DNA from: Promethearchaeota archaeon
Lineage (GTDB): Archaea > Asgardarchaeota > Lokiarchaeia > Sigyniarchaeales > SOKP01
Direction: 5' to 3'
Length of the DNA stretch: 64,000 nucleotides
Assembly (NCBI GenBank): GCA_016930515.1
Contig: JAFGGO010000114.1
Span: 1 to 64,000 of the forward strand
Shown: in pieces, positions 48,370 through 58,000 of the stretch
How the letters are laid out: each line of letters begins with the position of its first letter
Position numbering within the stretch: position 1 is the first letter of the stretch
The notes under the pieces: generated by a model
Told to the model about the DNA's origin: nothing
Databases searched by the model: none
What the model saw: only the letters and a program-made list of their open reading frames with translations
Program-made: the position numbers and the translations under genes

Positions 48370-50772
48370 CTAGGAATCGTTTTTAAAGTCCTCGAGTTGT
48401 TTAATGATCGTTTCAAAAGCGTCCAAGGATTCGTTAAACTTGCTCTCGTCCAGGAAATTAATTCCCTTATTACTCAAGAGTACGATTTGGTCTAGCAATT
48501 GTTCGTATTTTCGAGATTCTACCTCTTTGATTTCGTTTTCCAGCTCATCTTGGAGAGACGCTAATATTTTCTTAAATCGTTCTTCACAACTCTTTTCGTT
48601 GTTGTCCCGAGCTATTTGTAGTGCTTTTTTACAATTCTCCATTGCTTTCTCAAGCTTGTGCTCGTTCCTATCTGATTCAATACTTTTTTCAATATCTTCA
48701 ATTTCATGTAATATACTGGTCTTTTTTTGTTTCAAGAGTTCCATGTCTTTTTTGATATCGTTGATCTTGTTCTTGAGGTCATTAAAACAAGCATCTTGAA
48801 TCTCTTCTTCGATTGATACGATTTTAGAAATTGCTTCTTTAATTTTATCTTCATTCTTCAATTCCAAGACTTCTTGAAGTAATGAATCTGCTACTTCCCG
48901 AGTTTCTTCTATTTCATGATTGATGTCTTCAATCCGCTCAGAGAAATTCTGTACCAACGCATTTTCCCCACTTTTCTTAGAGATCTCAATGATTTTTTCG
49001 CAAATCTTTATTGAATCGCTAAATTCGTGTTTATTTTCGCTTTTATCTAATTTTTGCTTTAGTACATTCAATTCAATCCTAAATTGTGCTTGATTCTCTT
49101 TTTCTTTTAATAATTCGTGTTTCATATTTTCTAATTGGGATTTTTGATCCTTAAAGTCGGGACCGTGTAATTCCTCTAGCATGGAATTGATTTTAGATAT
49201 CGCTTCATCGAGCTTGCCCATCTTTTGAAGCTCCATAAGTTCTTCAATCAGGGTTTCGGCAATTTCCTTGGTTTCCTTGAGTTCTAGCTCGATATCTTCT
49301 TTAAGAAGCGTGAATTTCTCCACGAGTGAGTCATTTTCCTTTTTTTTAGATAATGCGATTATGTTTTCACAGGCAAGTATTGCTTGGGTCAAGAAATTAT
49401 TATTCTTACTCTCCATAAGATCAAGCTCTAAAGAATTAATTTTTTCGTTAAAATTAGCGAGTTCAAATAGTTCAGAAGTTAAGCTTTTTTCTAGCTGTTC
49501 TAATTTTTTCTTTTCTTCAATAAAATCAGAACTACTTAATTTTTTCATCACGGAAGAAATTTCTTTAATAGCTTCTTCAAGACGATTTTCTTCTTTTAAT
49601 ATCAAGATTTTTATCAAGCTCTTTTCATACGCTTGCCTGTAATTATCCAATTTTTGTCTCAGGGTTTTGGAGATTTCCACATATTTTTTCTCCAGGCCAA
49701 ACTTTTCTGTTCCAGGCAAAATTGATAATAAAGACTCGCAATTCTTGATTGCATCTCCTAAATGATCGTCTTCCAGATTAGATTTTATCTCCGATTCCAA
49801 AAGATCTATTTTGTTCAGGATTTTTATTCGTTCTTCTTCCGTCTTTTTTTTTTTAGAATTGAATTGAGTTTCTAACGATTGCCACTTCTTTTTTATCCCC
49901 TCGTCAACGACCTTGTTTAACAACTTTTTGGCTTTTTCAAGAGCTTCAGTTGCGCCTTCCATTTCGTTTTTACTAACAAGCTCGGAAAATTCGCTTTCAA
50001 TTCTTATTAGTGATTGAAGGTTTTTATCAACTGATGCCATTGCAGCTTGCTGAGCGTTATCGTCCTTTAAGAAAAGCTCCTCGATGATCGGAATGGAAGA
50101 AAGGTTCACATTAAATGTGCTGTATTTTTTCTTGAAATCACTGACCAACTTGTGTGCCTCTTCATATTTATCGTTTTCCAAGAACTTATCAAATAGTTCT
50201 TTTACTGCTTGAGCTTCGTTGGTTATATCTTTGACTAAATTCTTAAGTTGCTCTCGTTCCTTTAGATTTTCAATGAGTTCTTTTTGATCTTTTTCGAGTG
50301 CTTTGTCTTTTATTTCTTTTGACAATTCGATAATGCGATCCGAAATGACAGTCGCTTCTAGATATTTTTCTTCCTTGATAAGAGAATCCATCTCGTCTTT
50401 TAATTCGTTTATTTCATCCACGATAGGAGCAAGGATGTCCTCTTGGGCTTTAATGTGTCCTTCTAGGTCTTGTTTCTTGAAACTAAATATTTTAAAAAAG
50501 TCAAAGGGTTCTTCGCCAGATTCAATAGTAATATTTCTCAAAACCGCAAGATCGGGGTATTTTCGGGCAAATAATTCTCTTATTTGAGGAATATATGCTT
50601 TAAGCGTATAACTAGCTGATTTACTCACCCAGATATACATTCTTTTCGACTTTCGCGAATATATCGCCAATATCGTGTATAACGTAAATAGATCAAGGGG
50701 ATCGTCTGGAGTTTGCTCTTCAAATGTTCCTGAGTAGCTTAATTTATAGATTTTAATGTCTTTATCAGCCAT
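48370..50772 (-). CDS. Gelsolin-like domain + long helical repeat rod
   Basis: N-terminal KIYKL...RMYIWVSKSAS...ITIESGEEPFDFFKIF (gelsolin-type W and GxEPxxF), followed by about 3.5 repeats of 123 aa. Confidence 0.8.
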   Translation of the reverse strand: MADKDIKIYKLSYSGTFEEQTPDDPLDLFTLYTILAIYSRKSKRMYIWVSKSASYTLKAYIPQIRELFARKYPDLAVLRNITIESGEEPFDFFKIFSFKKQDLEGHIKAQEDILAPIVDEINELKDEMDSLIKEEKYLEATVISDRIIELSKEIKDKALEKDQKELIENLKEREQLKNLVKDITNEAQAVKELFDKFLENDKYEEAHKLVSDFKKKYSTFNVNLSSIPIIEELFLKDDNAQQAAMASVDKNLQSLIRIESEFSELVSKNEMEGATEALEKAKKLLNKVVDEGIKKKWQSLETQFNSKKKKTEEERIKILNKIDLLESEIKSNLEDDHLGDAIKNCESLLSILPGTEKFGLEKKYVEISKTLRQKLDNYRQAYEKSLIKILILKEENRLEEAIKEISSVMKKLSSSDFIEEKKKLEQLEKSLTSELFELANFNEKINSLELDLMESKNNNFLTQAILACENIIALSKKKENDSLVEKFTLLKEDIELELKETKEIAETLIEELMELQKMGKLDEAISKINSMLEELHGPDFKDQKSQLENMKHELLKEKENQAQFRIELNVLKQKLDKSENKHEFSDSIKICEKIIEISKKSGENALVQNFSERIEDINHEIEETREVADSLLQEVLELKNEDKIKEAISKIVSIEEEIQDACFNDLKNKINDIKKDMELLKQKKTSILHEIEDIEKSIESDRNEHKLEKAMENCKKALQIARDNNEKSCEERFKKILASLQDELENEIKEVESRKYEQLLDQIVLLSNKGINFLDESKFNESLDAFETIIKQLEDFKNDS

Positions 50773-50933
50773 GTGACTATTCTCGTTTTGGTTTACTTAT
50801 ATCAAAAATAAATAATAATTTCTATATAAATATCGTTATATCAAAAAGGTAGGATGGTATTATTAAGTTTAGTTTTGGCGAAATGATTAAATTAAAAAAA
50901 AAAATATGGATATTTTTAATGGCATAAACGGCA

Positions 50934-51329
50934 TTAAGGTCCGAATATAATCCCAATACCAAGTGTTATTCCCATAATTATCCCTATCGTGACGAACACG
51001 GCAAGTATAACCAAGAGCGCGATTACAAGCGCCAAAATTGCTACGATTATTGCCATACAAAAACCTATATCGTGGCGCTTTCCAATAAAATAAAAAATCA
51101 AGATCAGCATAATAATCGCGATTATCCAATGAATAAATACAAAGGAAAAAAGAATGGTGACCACGAAAGCCGTGAGAAATACCTCTCCAAAATCAGTATG
51201 TTTTGCGTTCACGATTGCCAGTGCAATTTTAAGAAAAATGGTTGTAATGACCAAGTTAATGATGATCCAAAAAAATATTATTAGTGTTATTGTCAAAACA
51301 TCTAAACCAGTCCACCAAGCGTATATCAT
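50934..51329 (-). CDS. Small polytopic membrane protein
   Basis: About 4 hydrophobic segments, Ile/Leu-rich. Confidence 0.75.
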   Translation of the reverse strand: MIYAWWTGLDVLTITLIIFFWIIINLVITTIFLKIALAIVNAKHTDFGEVFLTAFVVTILFSFVFIHWIIAIIMLILIFYFIGKRHDIGFCMAIIVAILALVIALLVILAVFVTIGIIMGITLGIGIIFGP

Positions 51330-51419
51330 ATTTTATTCTAACTCGTTATATTAATAAATTTTTTACATTTTAAGGATTAAAATAAGTATCTTTTTTTAAA
51401 TATCAATTTGCTTGAGAAT

Positions 51420-51848
51420 TTAACCTTCTTTTTTCTTGTAAAAATTTTCGTTCTTTGACGCCAAGGTTAAATCGTCTCCACCATACCTGACCTTTCTGGC
51501 GTTATAATATAAAATTGTTTTTTCTTCGCAAATCTTGTTCCATTCGATGATCCCGTGTTTCTTGATCATTAAAAGATTATAGATCTTGGAGTTATGGGGC
51601 AAAAAAATCTCGTAATTCACGATCGGCTGGAGTTTTTCGCATGGAAATTCGTCGCACTCGTAGCAAAAATTATAACTCTTTCCAACCACGCACTCGTATG
51701 TCTTACAAACGGGAAAATTCTTGACTTGTCCACCCTGTTCTCGACAACCCCTACAGTCGTGCGCTTTTTTTCCAGGGCATTTCTTGCAGTAAATACCGCA
51801 TGGAGCGTGATCGTTGAAATACAACCCAAAGGAACACAAATTTGTCAT
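51420..51848 (-). CDS. DUF3795-type Cys-rich protein
   Basis: APCGIYCKKCP, CRGCR, CKTYEC, FCYECDEFPCEKL. Confidence 0.85.
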   Translation of the reverse strand: MTNLCSFGLYFNDHAPCGIYCKKCPGKKAHDCRGCREQGGQVKNFPVCKTYECVVGKSYNFCYECDEFPCEKLQPIVNYEIFLPHNSKIYNLLMIKKHGIIEWNKICEEKTILYYNARKVRYGGDDLTLASKNENFYKKKEG

Positions 51849-51956
51849 GGATTATTATCATGATTACTTCTTAAAAGATTTGATGGTAAATCAGAAAACA
51901 CGCGAAGGGGAGCTTTATTTATTGCGCCTTGAGTTTTTTTCCTCAAATCAGTATAG

Positions 51957-52238
51957 GTGAAGAATATAGGTCGCACCGTCCCATCTTTTCGTCCCGCTCT
52001 CGAGTACGAGATAGAAAGCTGGAATAATTTCAAGAGAGCGCTCAGGCCCGATGATCAAGAGAATTTTCATAAATTAATGAACCACGCCCGCATTCATTCA
52101 GACGCTGGAAGTATGAGCGCCCGGCCAATGCTTTCGGAGGTTATTTTCATGTCAATTGCGATCGAGCAAGAAAAACGAATTAAAAAATTACAAACAGAGC
52201 TTGAAGCATTGAAGAAACAGGTCGAAAGGAAGGATTAA
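51957..52238 (+). CDS. Small PolB2-associated protein (arCOG07300-like)
   Basis: GRTVPSFR..LE.EI..W..FKRALR..DQ..F..L...AR motif directly upstream of PolB2, the conserved arrangement. Confidence 0.82.
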   Translation: MKNIGRTVPSFRPALEYEIESWNNFKRALRPDDQENFHKLMNHARIHSDAGSMSARPMLSEVIFMSIAIEQEKRIKKLQTELEALKKQVERKD

Positions 52239-52245
52239 AAACAAT

Positions 52246-54651
52246 ATGGCTTTTCAAGAAGATTTTTATGGTTGGTTGCTAGACGCCACAACTTCCGGAG
52301 ACGGAATGTTGCTTTGGGTAAAATTAATCAAGGAGAAAAAGAACGTGCTGCTTCACCACGATTTTCACCCAGAATTTTTTGCCGTCCCAAAATCAGGGAT
52401 TGGTAAGGATTTTACTACTCTAAAGCAAGTGTTGATGTCCCATCCTGGCGTGAAAAGCGTGCGAACCTGCGATAAATATATTAGTTTAGAAGATCAAACT
52501 AAATCGACGGTATTCGGGGTGCGCATCGAAAAACCTTCCTTATTCAAATCGACGACTAAAGAAATAGGCGAGATTGATCTTTTCACCTTATATAACATCG
52601 ATATTCCCATTTCTCAAATGTATTTTTATGAGAATGACTTATTTCCAATGGCATTCTGCCGTTTTAAAGTTGCACTCAATAAGAAAGGGCTTGATTCAAA
52701 GGAGTATATTCGATTGATCTCCTTGGATTTAATGGATAACAACGAGAAGTTGTATTACGAGTTACCACCACTTAAAGCAATTTGGTTAGATGTTAATATT
52801 CGTAAAAAAGGACTGAGACCGTATTTTAACGATCCCTTGATATGCACAGAAATTAGCATCGTTGAACAAGACGAGAGCGGAATACCAAGAGCGGACGGAA
52901 AGCGAAAAAGAAAGATCTGCATAGATCTAGCGGACGAAGCAGAGATCCTAAAAAAGACAAGCGAAGTTATCGAAGAGCTCGATCCCGACATCGTCCTCAC
53001 ATGCGGTGGAGACGAGTTCGTATTCCCGTATTTAATTGCTCGAGCTTCAGAGAACGGGGCATCTCATAAACTCTACTTTTCGCGAACGAAAACACCTTTA
53101 AAGCAATGCATTTTTAACCTATCAGGAGGATCCGACCACTACATGTCGTATGGAATGATAATGCGTCGATCAAAAACCCAGGTCTATCTAACAGGAAGAT
53201 TCCACTTGGATACGACAGCGTATGGAAGCCTTCATTTCAGCGAGGGAAACATTCCAGGTGTCATCGAAGTAGCTCGTGTTTCTCGCGTTCCTCTCCAAAG
53301 GTTATGTCGCATTACCATAGGAGGAGCACTACAATCCATCCAATTTTACAACGCTTACAAGCTGGATCACTTGATTCCGCCTTTTAAAAAAAGTCCGGAA
53401 GGATTTCGAACGGGAATGGACTTGATTAAAGGCGATCGCGGGGGACACATCTTCGAACCCATAGTAGGAGTATTTGATCAAGTGGTCGAGCTGGATTTTT
53501 CGTCTATGTATCCTTCTCTCATGGCAAATTTTAACATATCTTCGGAAACAATCAATTGTGCCTGTTGCAAGGACGACGGCACGGGCATCAAGGTACCGGG
53601 ATTGAACTTTTACATCTGCTCGAAAAGGGAGGGCATCATATCCAAATCGATACGACTCCCGCTCGAAAAAAGGTTAAAGTACAAGAAAATCGCTCGCGAT
53701 ACCGGCAACCTTCGATATAAGTTTACCGATATTGCCTTGAAATGGGTTCTTGTAGTTTCTTTTGGATATTTAGGGTTTCGAAACGCGCGCTTTGGCAAGA
53801 TCGAAGCGCATCAGACGGTGTGCGCGTTCGCTCGCGAGTTCTTGATGCGTTCCGCAGAAATCGCGCAAAATCACGGCTGCAAGGTCGTTCACGGGATCGT
53901 GGATTCGATATGGCTTCAAGACGAGAAGAACAGGGATCCAGAAGAGTTTAAAGAAGTAACCCGAAAAGTTGCTCAAGAGATCACGGAACACACCAGCATT
54001 CAGATGAGTTGGGACGGCTTTTTCGATTTCATCGTCTTTCTTCCCTCTCGCGCCGAGCCTGACATACCGACGCTCAATCATTATTGGGGCATCAAGAAAG
54101 GGGGTGAAGTGAAGGTAAGAGGGATCGAAGCTCGCAGGAGAGACGCACCAAACATCATAAAAGAAGCGCAACTAGCGTTTATCGAAGAATTTAAAGGAGC
54201 AAAAACGGTAGAAGAGTTCGTTTCAAGAGTTTCCAAGGCAAAAAGTGTTTTCTACGAATACATTGACAGGATTGAAACGGGTCGAGCATCGAGGGAGCAA
54301 CTCACGATCAAGCAAAAAATCTCCCGTTCACCCGCCCAATACAAGGTAAACTCGTATCAAGCAGTTGCCGCCAAGCAATTGGAACGATCTGGCGTCGTTG
54401 CTTCCGCCGGAAAGAATGTGCGCTATATCATTTTAGACGCCGAAGCAAGTCCCGATTTTCCTGAAAGAAAAGTCGTACTATCCGATCTTTACGACCCCAA
54501 GAAACACCATTACGACAAGAAAAAATACGTGGAATTACTGAAACGAGCGTTCGAAAACATCGTGCCGTTCCCGATTCCCGAATTGGACGATCTTGTAAAG
54601 TCCGATTTTAACAGGAAATCCACGCAAAAAAATATCACGAATTTCGTTTAA
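52246..54651 (+). CDS. polB2: Family B DNA polymerase, PolB2/Dpo2 group
   Basis: Motif A DFSSMYPS, motif B KWVLVVSFGYLG, altered motif C HGIVDS (vs YGDTDS), KVRGIEARRRD, degenerate exonuclease; C-terminal PIP QKNITNFV. Confidence 0.92.
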   Translation: MAFQEDFYGWLLDATTSGDGMLLWVKLIKEKKNVLLHHDFHPEFFAVPKSGIGKDFTTLKQVLMSHPGVKSVRTCDKYISLEDQTKSTVFGVRIEKPSLFKSTTKEIGEIDLFTLYNIDIPISQMYFYENDLFPMAFCRFKVALNKKGLDSKEYIRLISLDLMDNNEKLYYELPPLKAIWLDVNIRKKGLRPYFNDPLICTEISIVEQDESGIPRADGKRKRKICIDLADEAEILKKTSEVIEELDPDIVLTCGGDEFVFPYLIARASENGASHKLYFSRTKTPLKQCIFNLSGGSDHYMSYGMIMRRSKTQVYLTGRFHLDTTAYGSLHFSEGNIPGVIEVARVSRVPLQRLCRITIGGALQSIQFYNAYKLDHLIPPFKKSPEGFRTGMDLIKGDRGGHIFEPIVGVFDQVVELDFSSMYPSLMANFNISSETINCACCKDDGTGIKVPGLNFYICSKREGIISKSIRLPLEKRLKYKKIARDTGNLRYKFTDIALKWVLVVSFGYLGFRNARFGKIEAHQTVCAFAREFLMRSAEIAQNHGCKVVHGIVDSIWLQDEKNRDPEEFKEVTRKVAQEITEHTSIQMSWDGFFDFIVFLPSRAEPDIPTLNHYWGIKKGGEVKVRGIEARRRDAPNIIKEAQLAFIEEFKGAKTVEEFVSRVSKAKSVFYEYIDRIETGRASREQLTIKQKISRSPAQYKVNSYQAVAAKQLERSGVVASAGKNVRYIILDAEASPDFPERKVVLSDLYDPKKHHYDKKKYVELLKRAFENIVPFPIPELDDLVKSDFNRKSTQKNITNFV

Positions 54652-54859
54652 AATATCGTTTTATTTTTTTAATTGGTAGAGACCTATTAAAATATTTGAC
54701 CTATTAAAGAACTTAATATTTTGTTCCTGTATAATCTAGAGAAAATAAAAAAAGTTGCCCATAATGTTAAGATAATTTTATGCTAAAGTAAAATGAGTTC
54801 TAAATTTCAATTAAAATAAAAAAAGAAAGATTTAAGTTTGAATTTTTTAAATTTTAGAA

Positions 54860-55066
54860 TTATTTGGGAAGTTCAGCGTCTGGTCTCGCTTCCGTGGCAG
54901 GCTTTCCTTCAATACCCCAATGGGCTTTTGGGACCTCGTGAACGAGAACCTCAACCGCTTGTTTCGGAATTCCGATGTTAACGAATACATCAGTCACTCC
55001 AGCAATTACTTTTTTTATGATTTCGTCAGAAATTCCCTTCCACAAATATATTTGAGCTAATGGCAT
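54860..55066 (-). CDS. 4-oxalocrotonate tautomerase family protein
   Basis: Catalytic Pro1 after Met; GIPKQAVEVLVHEVPKAHWGIEGK. Confidence 0.9.
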   Translation of the reverse strand: MPLAQIYLWKGISDEIIKKVIAGVTDVFVNIGIPKQAVEVLVHEVPKAHWGIEGKPATEARPDAELPK

Positions 55067-55172
55067 TTTTATATCCTCGTTTTTTTTTATTGATTATTGT
55101 TTATTCTAATACTGAGGGAATGTTAAAAAATATTTACTTGAAGAATTTAAGAGAAATTTTTATTCGTTACTA

Positions 55173-55865
55173 TTACCAAATAAAAGGAATGAGTCTTTTT
55201 CTCACTTTCTGAGCGTACTCTGCATATCCTTCAAGGTTTTTTAGTAAAAATCTTTCTTCAATAATGATCCGCAATACAAACAAACCCGCCATGAAGAAAA
55301 CTGGAATAAGCCCATAGAAAGAACCCAAAGCAATTGGAAGCGAAAAAAAGGCCAATAAATACCCAAAATACATTGGATGGCGCACGATGGCATAAGGACC
55401 CTTTGTGGCAACTTGATGTTCCACTAACTCTTCAATTTTTATTAAGATCGCAGCGAAAGAATTTTCTTTTAACGAAATGAATTTTATTATAAAACCTAAA
55501 GCTAACCCCAAGTAGCCCATTAAATTACACCAAATTGGCACGAAAGTCCAGCGATAAGACCCACCGTCCAAGCTAACAATAATAAATAACGCTAAAAAGA
55601 GAAGCCCAAGCAGGCTTATAAAAACGATATCTTTTTTTAAAGCATGTTTCAACGACAAGCGCCTTCTTAACACTTCTGGATGGTATTTATTGAACCAAAA
55701 AAGAGAATACGCTCTTAAAGTACCATATAAAATCAAACTTACCCACGCATCTACCCAAAAAATATTACCCGAGAAAAAAAATAAAACAAATCCAAAAAAC
55801 CCAACTTCACCAATTATTGCTAAAAATAGAATAAAAAAAGGAAATTGTTTTGCATCCTCTGGCAT
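55173..55865 (-). CDS. Isoprenylcysteine carboxyl methyltransferase (ICMT/Ste14/PEMT) family membrane protein
   Basis: ENSFAA, HQVATKGPYAIVRHPMY, RIIIEERFL, GYAEYAQKVR.RLIP. Confidence 0.88.
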   Translation of the reverse strand: MPEDAKQFPFFILFLAIIGEVGFFGFVLFFFSGNIFWVDAWVSLILYGTLRAYSLFWFNKYHPEVLRRRLSLKHALKKDIVFISLLGLLFLALFIIVSLDGGSYRWTFVPIWCNLMGYLGLALGFIIKFISLKENSFAAILIKIEELVEHQVATKGPYAIVRHPMYFGYLLAFFSLPIALGSFYGLIPVFFMAGLFVLRIIIEERFLLKNLEGYAEYAQKVRKRLIPFIW

Positions 55866-55931
55866 ACAATAAGAAATTACAATATCCCAATTAAATTTGT
55901 TTATAAAAAAGAAAAATAGAGTAAATATATT

Positions 55932-56525
55932 TTACATGAAAGGTTGTCGAATGAAATTTTTCATCATTCCAACTTTAACTCTATTCTGATTGCTGATATA
56001 TATTTCGTGATTTTTCTGCGTGATGTCCATCGAAAGTGCCACCGTTTTCCTTGATAAAAGCATTTAATTTCTTGATTGTTAATGGTTCTTCCGAATAGGA
56101 TCCAATATGTGTTAATTGTGCTGCCCTTCCTTATTTAAGCGACTTGAAATACAGCCTATCAAGCGTTTCGGATAATTCTGGCTTCTTTTTTTGGTGGTCT
56201 CGATAGCTTCCTTGACATCTTCCTCCATTATCCCGTCGGGTAGCATTATCATTATAATCCATTTCCAGTTTACTCCATTCGATTGGACGGACCTCCTCAT
56301 ACTACCGCGGCTCATTAGGGTCGCTTAGAAGGATTCGACATAATCCTTGCATTGTGTATTACTCGTAGGCTTGATTATGTACGAGGCAGGATATATAGTG
56401 GTCATTTCATAAATACATTCTTGACATTCTCCCGGGAAGTCTTGCCCGTCAACGATTAGGTATTGCTATTCTGGAATTTCAACGAGAACGACTTCTTTTG
56501 AACCAGATTGAAATTATTCCTTCAT
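55932..56525 (-). pseudogene. GyrI-like small-molecule-binding protein pseudogene
   Basis: Reconstructed frame: MKE*FQSGSKEVVLVEIPE*QYLIVDGQ...KDYV...*...NWKWIIMIMLPD, frameshift, GRAAQLTHIGSYSEEPLTIKKL, frameshift, HEIYISN...IRQPFM. At least 4 stops and 2 frameshifts. Confidence 0.8.
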
Positions 56526-56556
56526 GGTTTATTTAAAATCCATTATTACCGCTATA

Positions 56557-56691
56557 TTAACTCCCTCGCTGTTGGAAACTTCCTGTTGGGCATTTATCCA
56601 CGTTTGCGTTTGCGGGAACTTCGTGTCCAAAACAGTCCCCCTTCACATCGTCTAGTGGTTTGTAAAATTTACAATCCTTACATTGTGCCAT
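56557..56691 (-). CDS. 44-aa four-Cys protein (BssC/HiPIP-like Fe-S or Zn microprotein)
   Basis: MAQCKDCKFYKPLDDVKGDCFGHEVPANANVDKCPTGSFQQRGS. Start moved from 56781 to 56691 (SD-like AGTGATG). Confidence 0.7.
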   Translation of the reverse strand: MAQCKDCKFYKPLDDVKGDCFGHEVPANANVDKCPTGSFQQRGS

Positions 56692-56760
56692 TTTTTTCAT
56701 CACTTTTGATTTTTCGTTTTTTTTCATACTTTTTAATTTGACTATCAATGATATTATTAG

Positions 56761-56820
56761 GATTTGTGACAATAATAACATATTGATAAATCAAAATCCT
56801 TATATATGGTGTCACAAATC
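56761..56820. promoter_or_regulatory. Inverted 11-bp operator pair in a divergent promoter
   Basis: GATTTGTGACA (56761-56771) and TGTCACAAATC (56810-56820) flank the TATA box TTATATAT (56800-56807). Confidence 0.6.
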
Positions 56821-56858
56821 ATTTCATTAAGATTATCAGTTATTTTAAATATTTAAAA

Positions 56859-57875
56859 ATGAACGAATACGACCTTTCTTACTTGTTTGAGATTGGATTT
56901 AATGAAATTCAAACCAATACCTATAAATATCTCCTTTCTCACAAGTCTGGCACGATAAACCAGATCAAAAACGATTTAGGATATTCTTACGCTCAAGTTA
57001 ATAATGCGCTGATTTTTTTAAAAGAGAAGAATCTCCTCGAGGTTTCCTCAGATTCAAAACCTAGTCTATTCGTTCGAAAAAATCCAAAAATCGCCTTGAA
57101 CAACTTATTTAACGAGTGGTTCCAGAAAATTGAAAAAAGCATCAAGCAACTCGACGAGGTCATCAAGATTCAAGAGACTAAATTTGGTCGATGTGTAAAA
57201 GAAGTCACCTTCTATTATTATTCGGATCTGGCGTTGGGAATAAATAATTTAGAAACGATGATCGAGAGAGCGGAATGCGAAATTTTAATGACTTCCTTAC
57301 CAATATCGCTTTTAAAAAAGATCGAACCGTCGCTTTACAACGCATTCACTAGAGGAGTTTCCCTTAAGATGTATTTTTCAGAAGCCGATTTTGAACGAAC
57401 TGAAAACTACCTAGAACGAATTTTAGACCTTTTAAAACGCGTGAGGATTAGAATAATCCAAACAGGAGAAAAAATCTGCCAAGTTGTGAGGTACAACGAC
57501 GAGATAGTAAACTCTGGAAATGTTTTTATCGACAATAAATTCTTGAACTCTATCGTTTTTAACGAGAACAACGTGCTTGCTTTTGATGGGCATTTTAATC
57601 CTGGCGTGATTCAACAAGTCAAGAAGTATTTTGATCTAAAAACAGCAATAAAGATTATTGAGATAGAATATCCAGAGCCGATCAAAAGCGTTTTGAACGC
57701 TATTGAACGAAAAAAGGAGATCAAAACCAGAGATCTGAGCCAAATATTAAAAATAAGCGGAAAAAAGCTGAGAGAAGTGCTCGATTTTCTGATAAACGAG
57801 GGAATTATTCGTGAAGAAATCGTGCAACAAGAACAAGTTGGTAGACCTAAAAGAATTTATTCTATCGTAGAATAA
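56859..57875 (+). CDS. TrmB-family transcriptional regulator with extra C-terminal HTH
   Basis: LFEIGFNEIQTNTYKYLL...QVNNALIFLKEKNLLE...KPSLF..NPK TrmB wHTH; effector domain (MIERAECEIL, AFTRGVSLKMYF); C-terminal HTH with GRPKRIY. Confidence 0.85.
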   Translation: MNEYDLSYLFEIGFNEIQTNTYKYLLSHKSGTINQIKNDLGYSYAQVNNALIFLKEKNLLEVSSDSKPSLFVRKNPKIALNNLFNEWFQKIEKSIKQLDEVIKIQETKFGRCVKEVTFYYYSDLALGINNLETMIERAECEILMTSLPISLLKKIEPSLYNAFTRGVSLKMYFSEADFERTENYLERILDLLKRVRIRIIQTGEKICQVVRYNDEIVNSGNVFIDNKFLNSIVFNENNVLAFDGHFNPGVIQQVKKYFDLKTAIKIIEIEYPEPIKSVLNAIERKKEIKTRDLSQILKISGKKLREVLDFLINEGIIREEIVQQEQVGRPKRIYSIVE

Positions 57876-58000
57876 TCAAGCGATTTTTCAATCGTATTTA
57901 GAATCGTTCATATCAAGTCGATATTATCAGCTCGTAAATAATTTACTATTTAAAAATTCTGTTCTAACTATAAAATAAAATAGAACTGTTTTGAGCTTCT

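Noticed and set aside
52246-54651. PolB as a marker of a casposon, pipolin or provirus
   Set aside because: The motifs and the upstream small gene are those of cellular PolB2. No Cas1, integrase, terminal repeats or capsid genes.
55173-55865. ICMT as the modifier of the Rab-like GTPase (CAAX pathway)
   Set aside because: The GTPase ends in KSSGKI with no Cys, and this methyltransferase family is widespread in prokaryotes.
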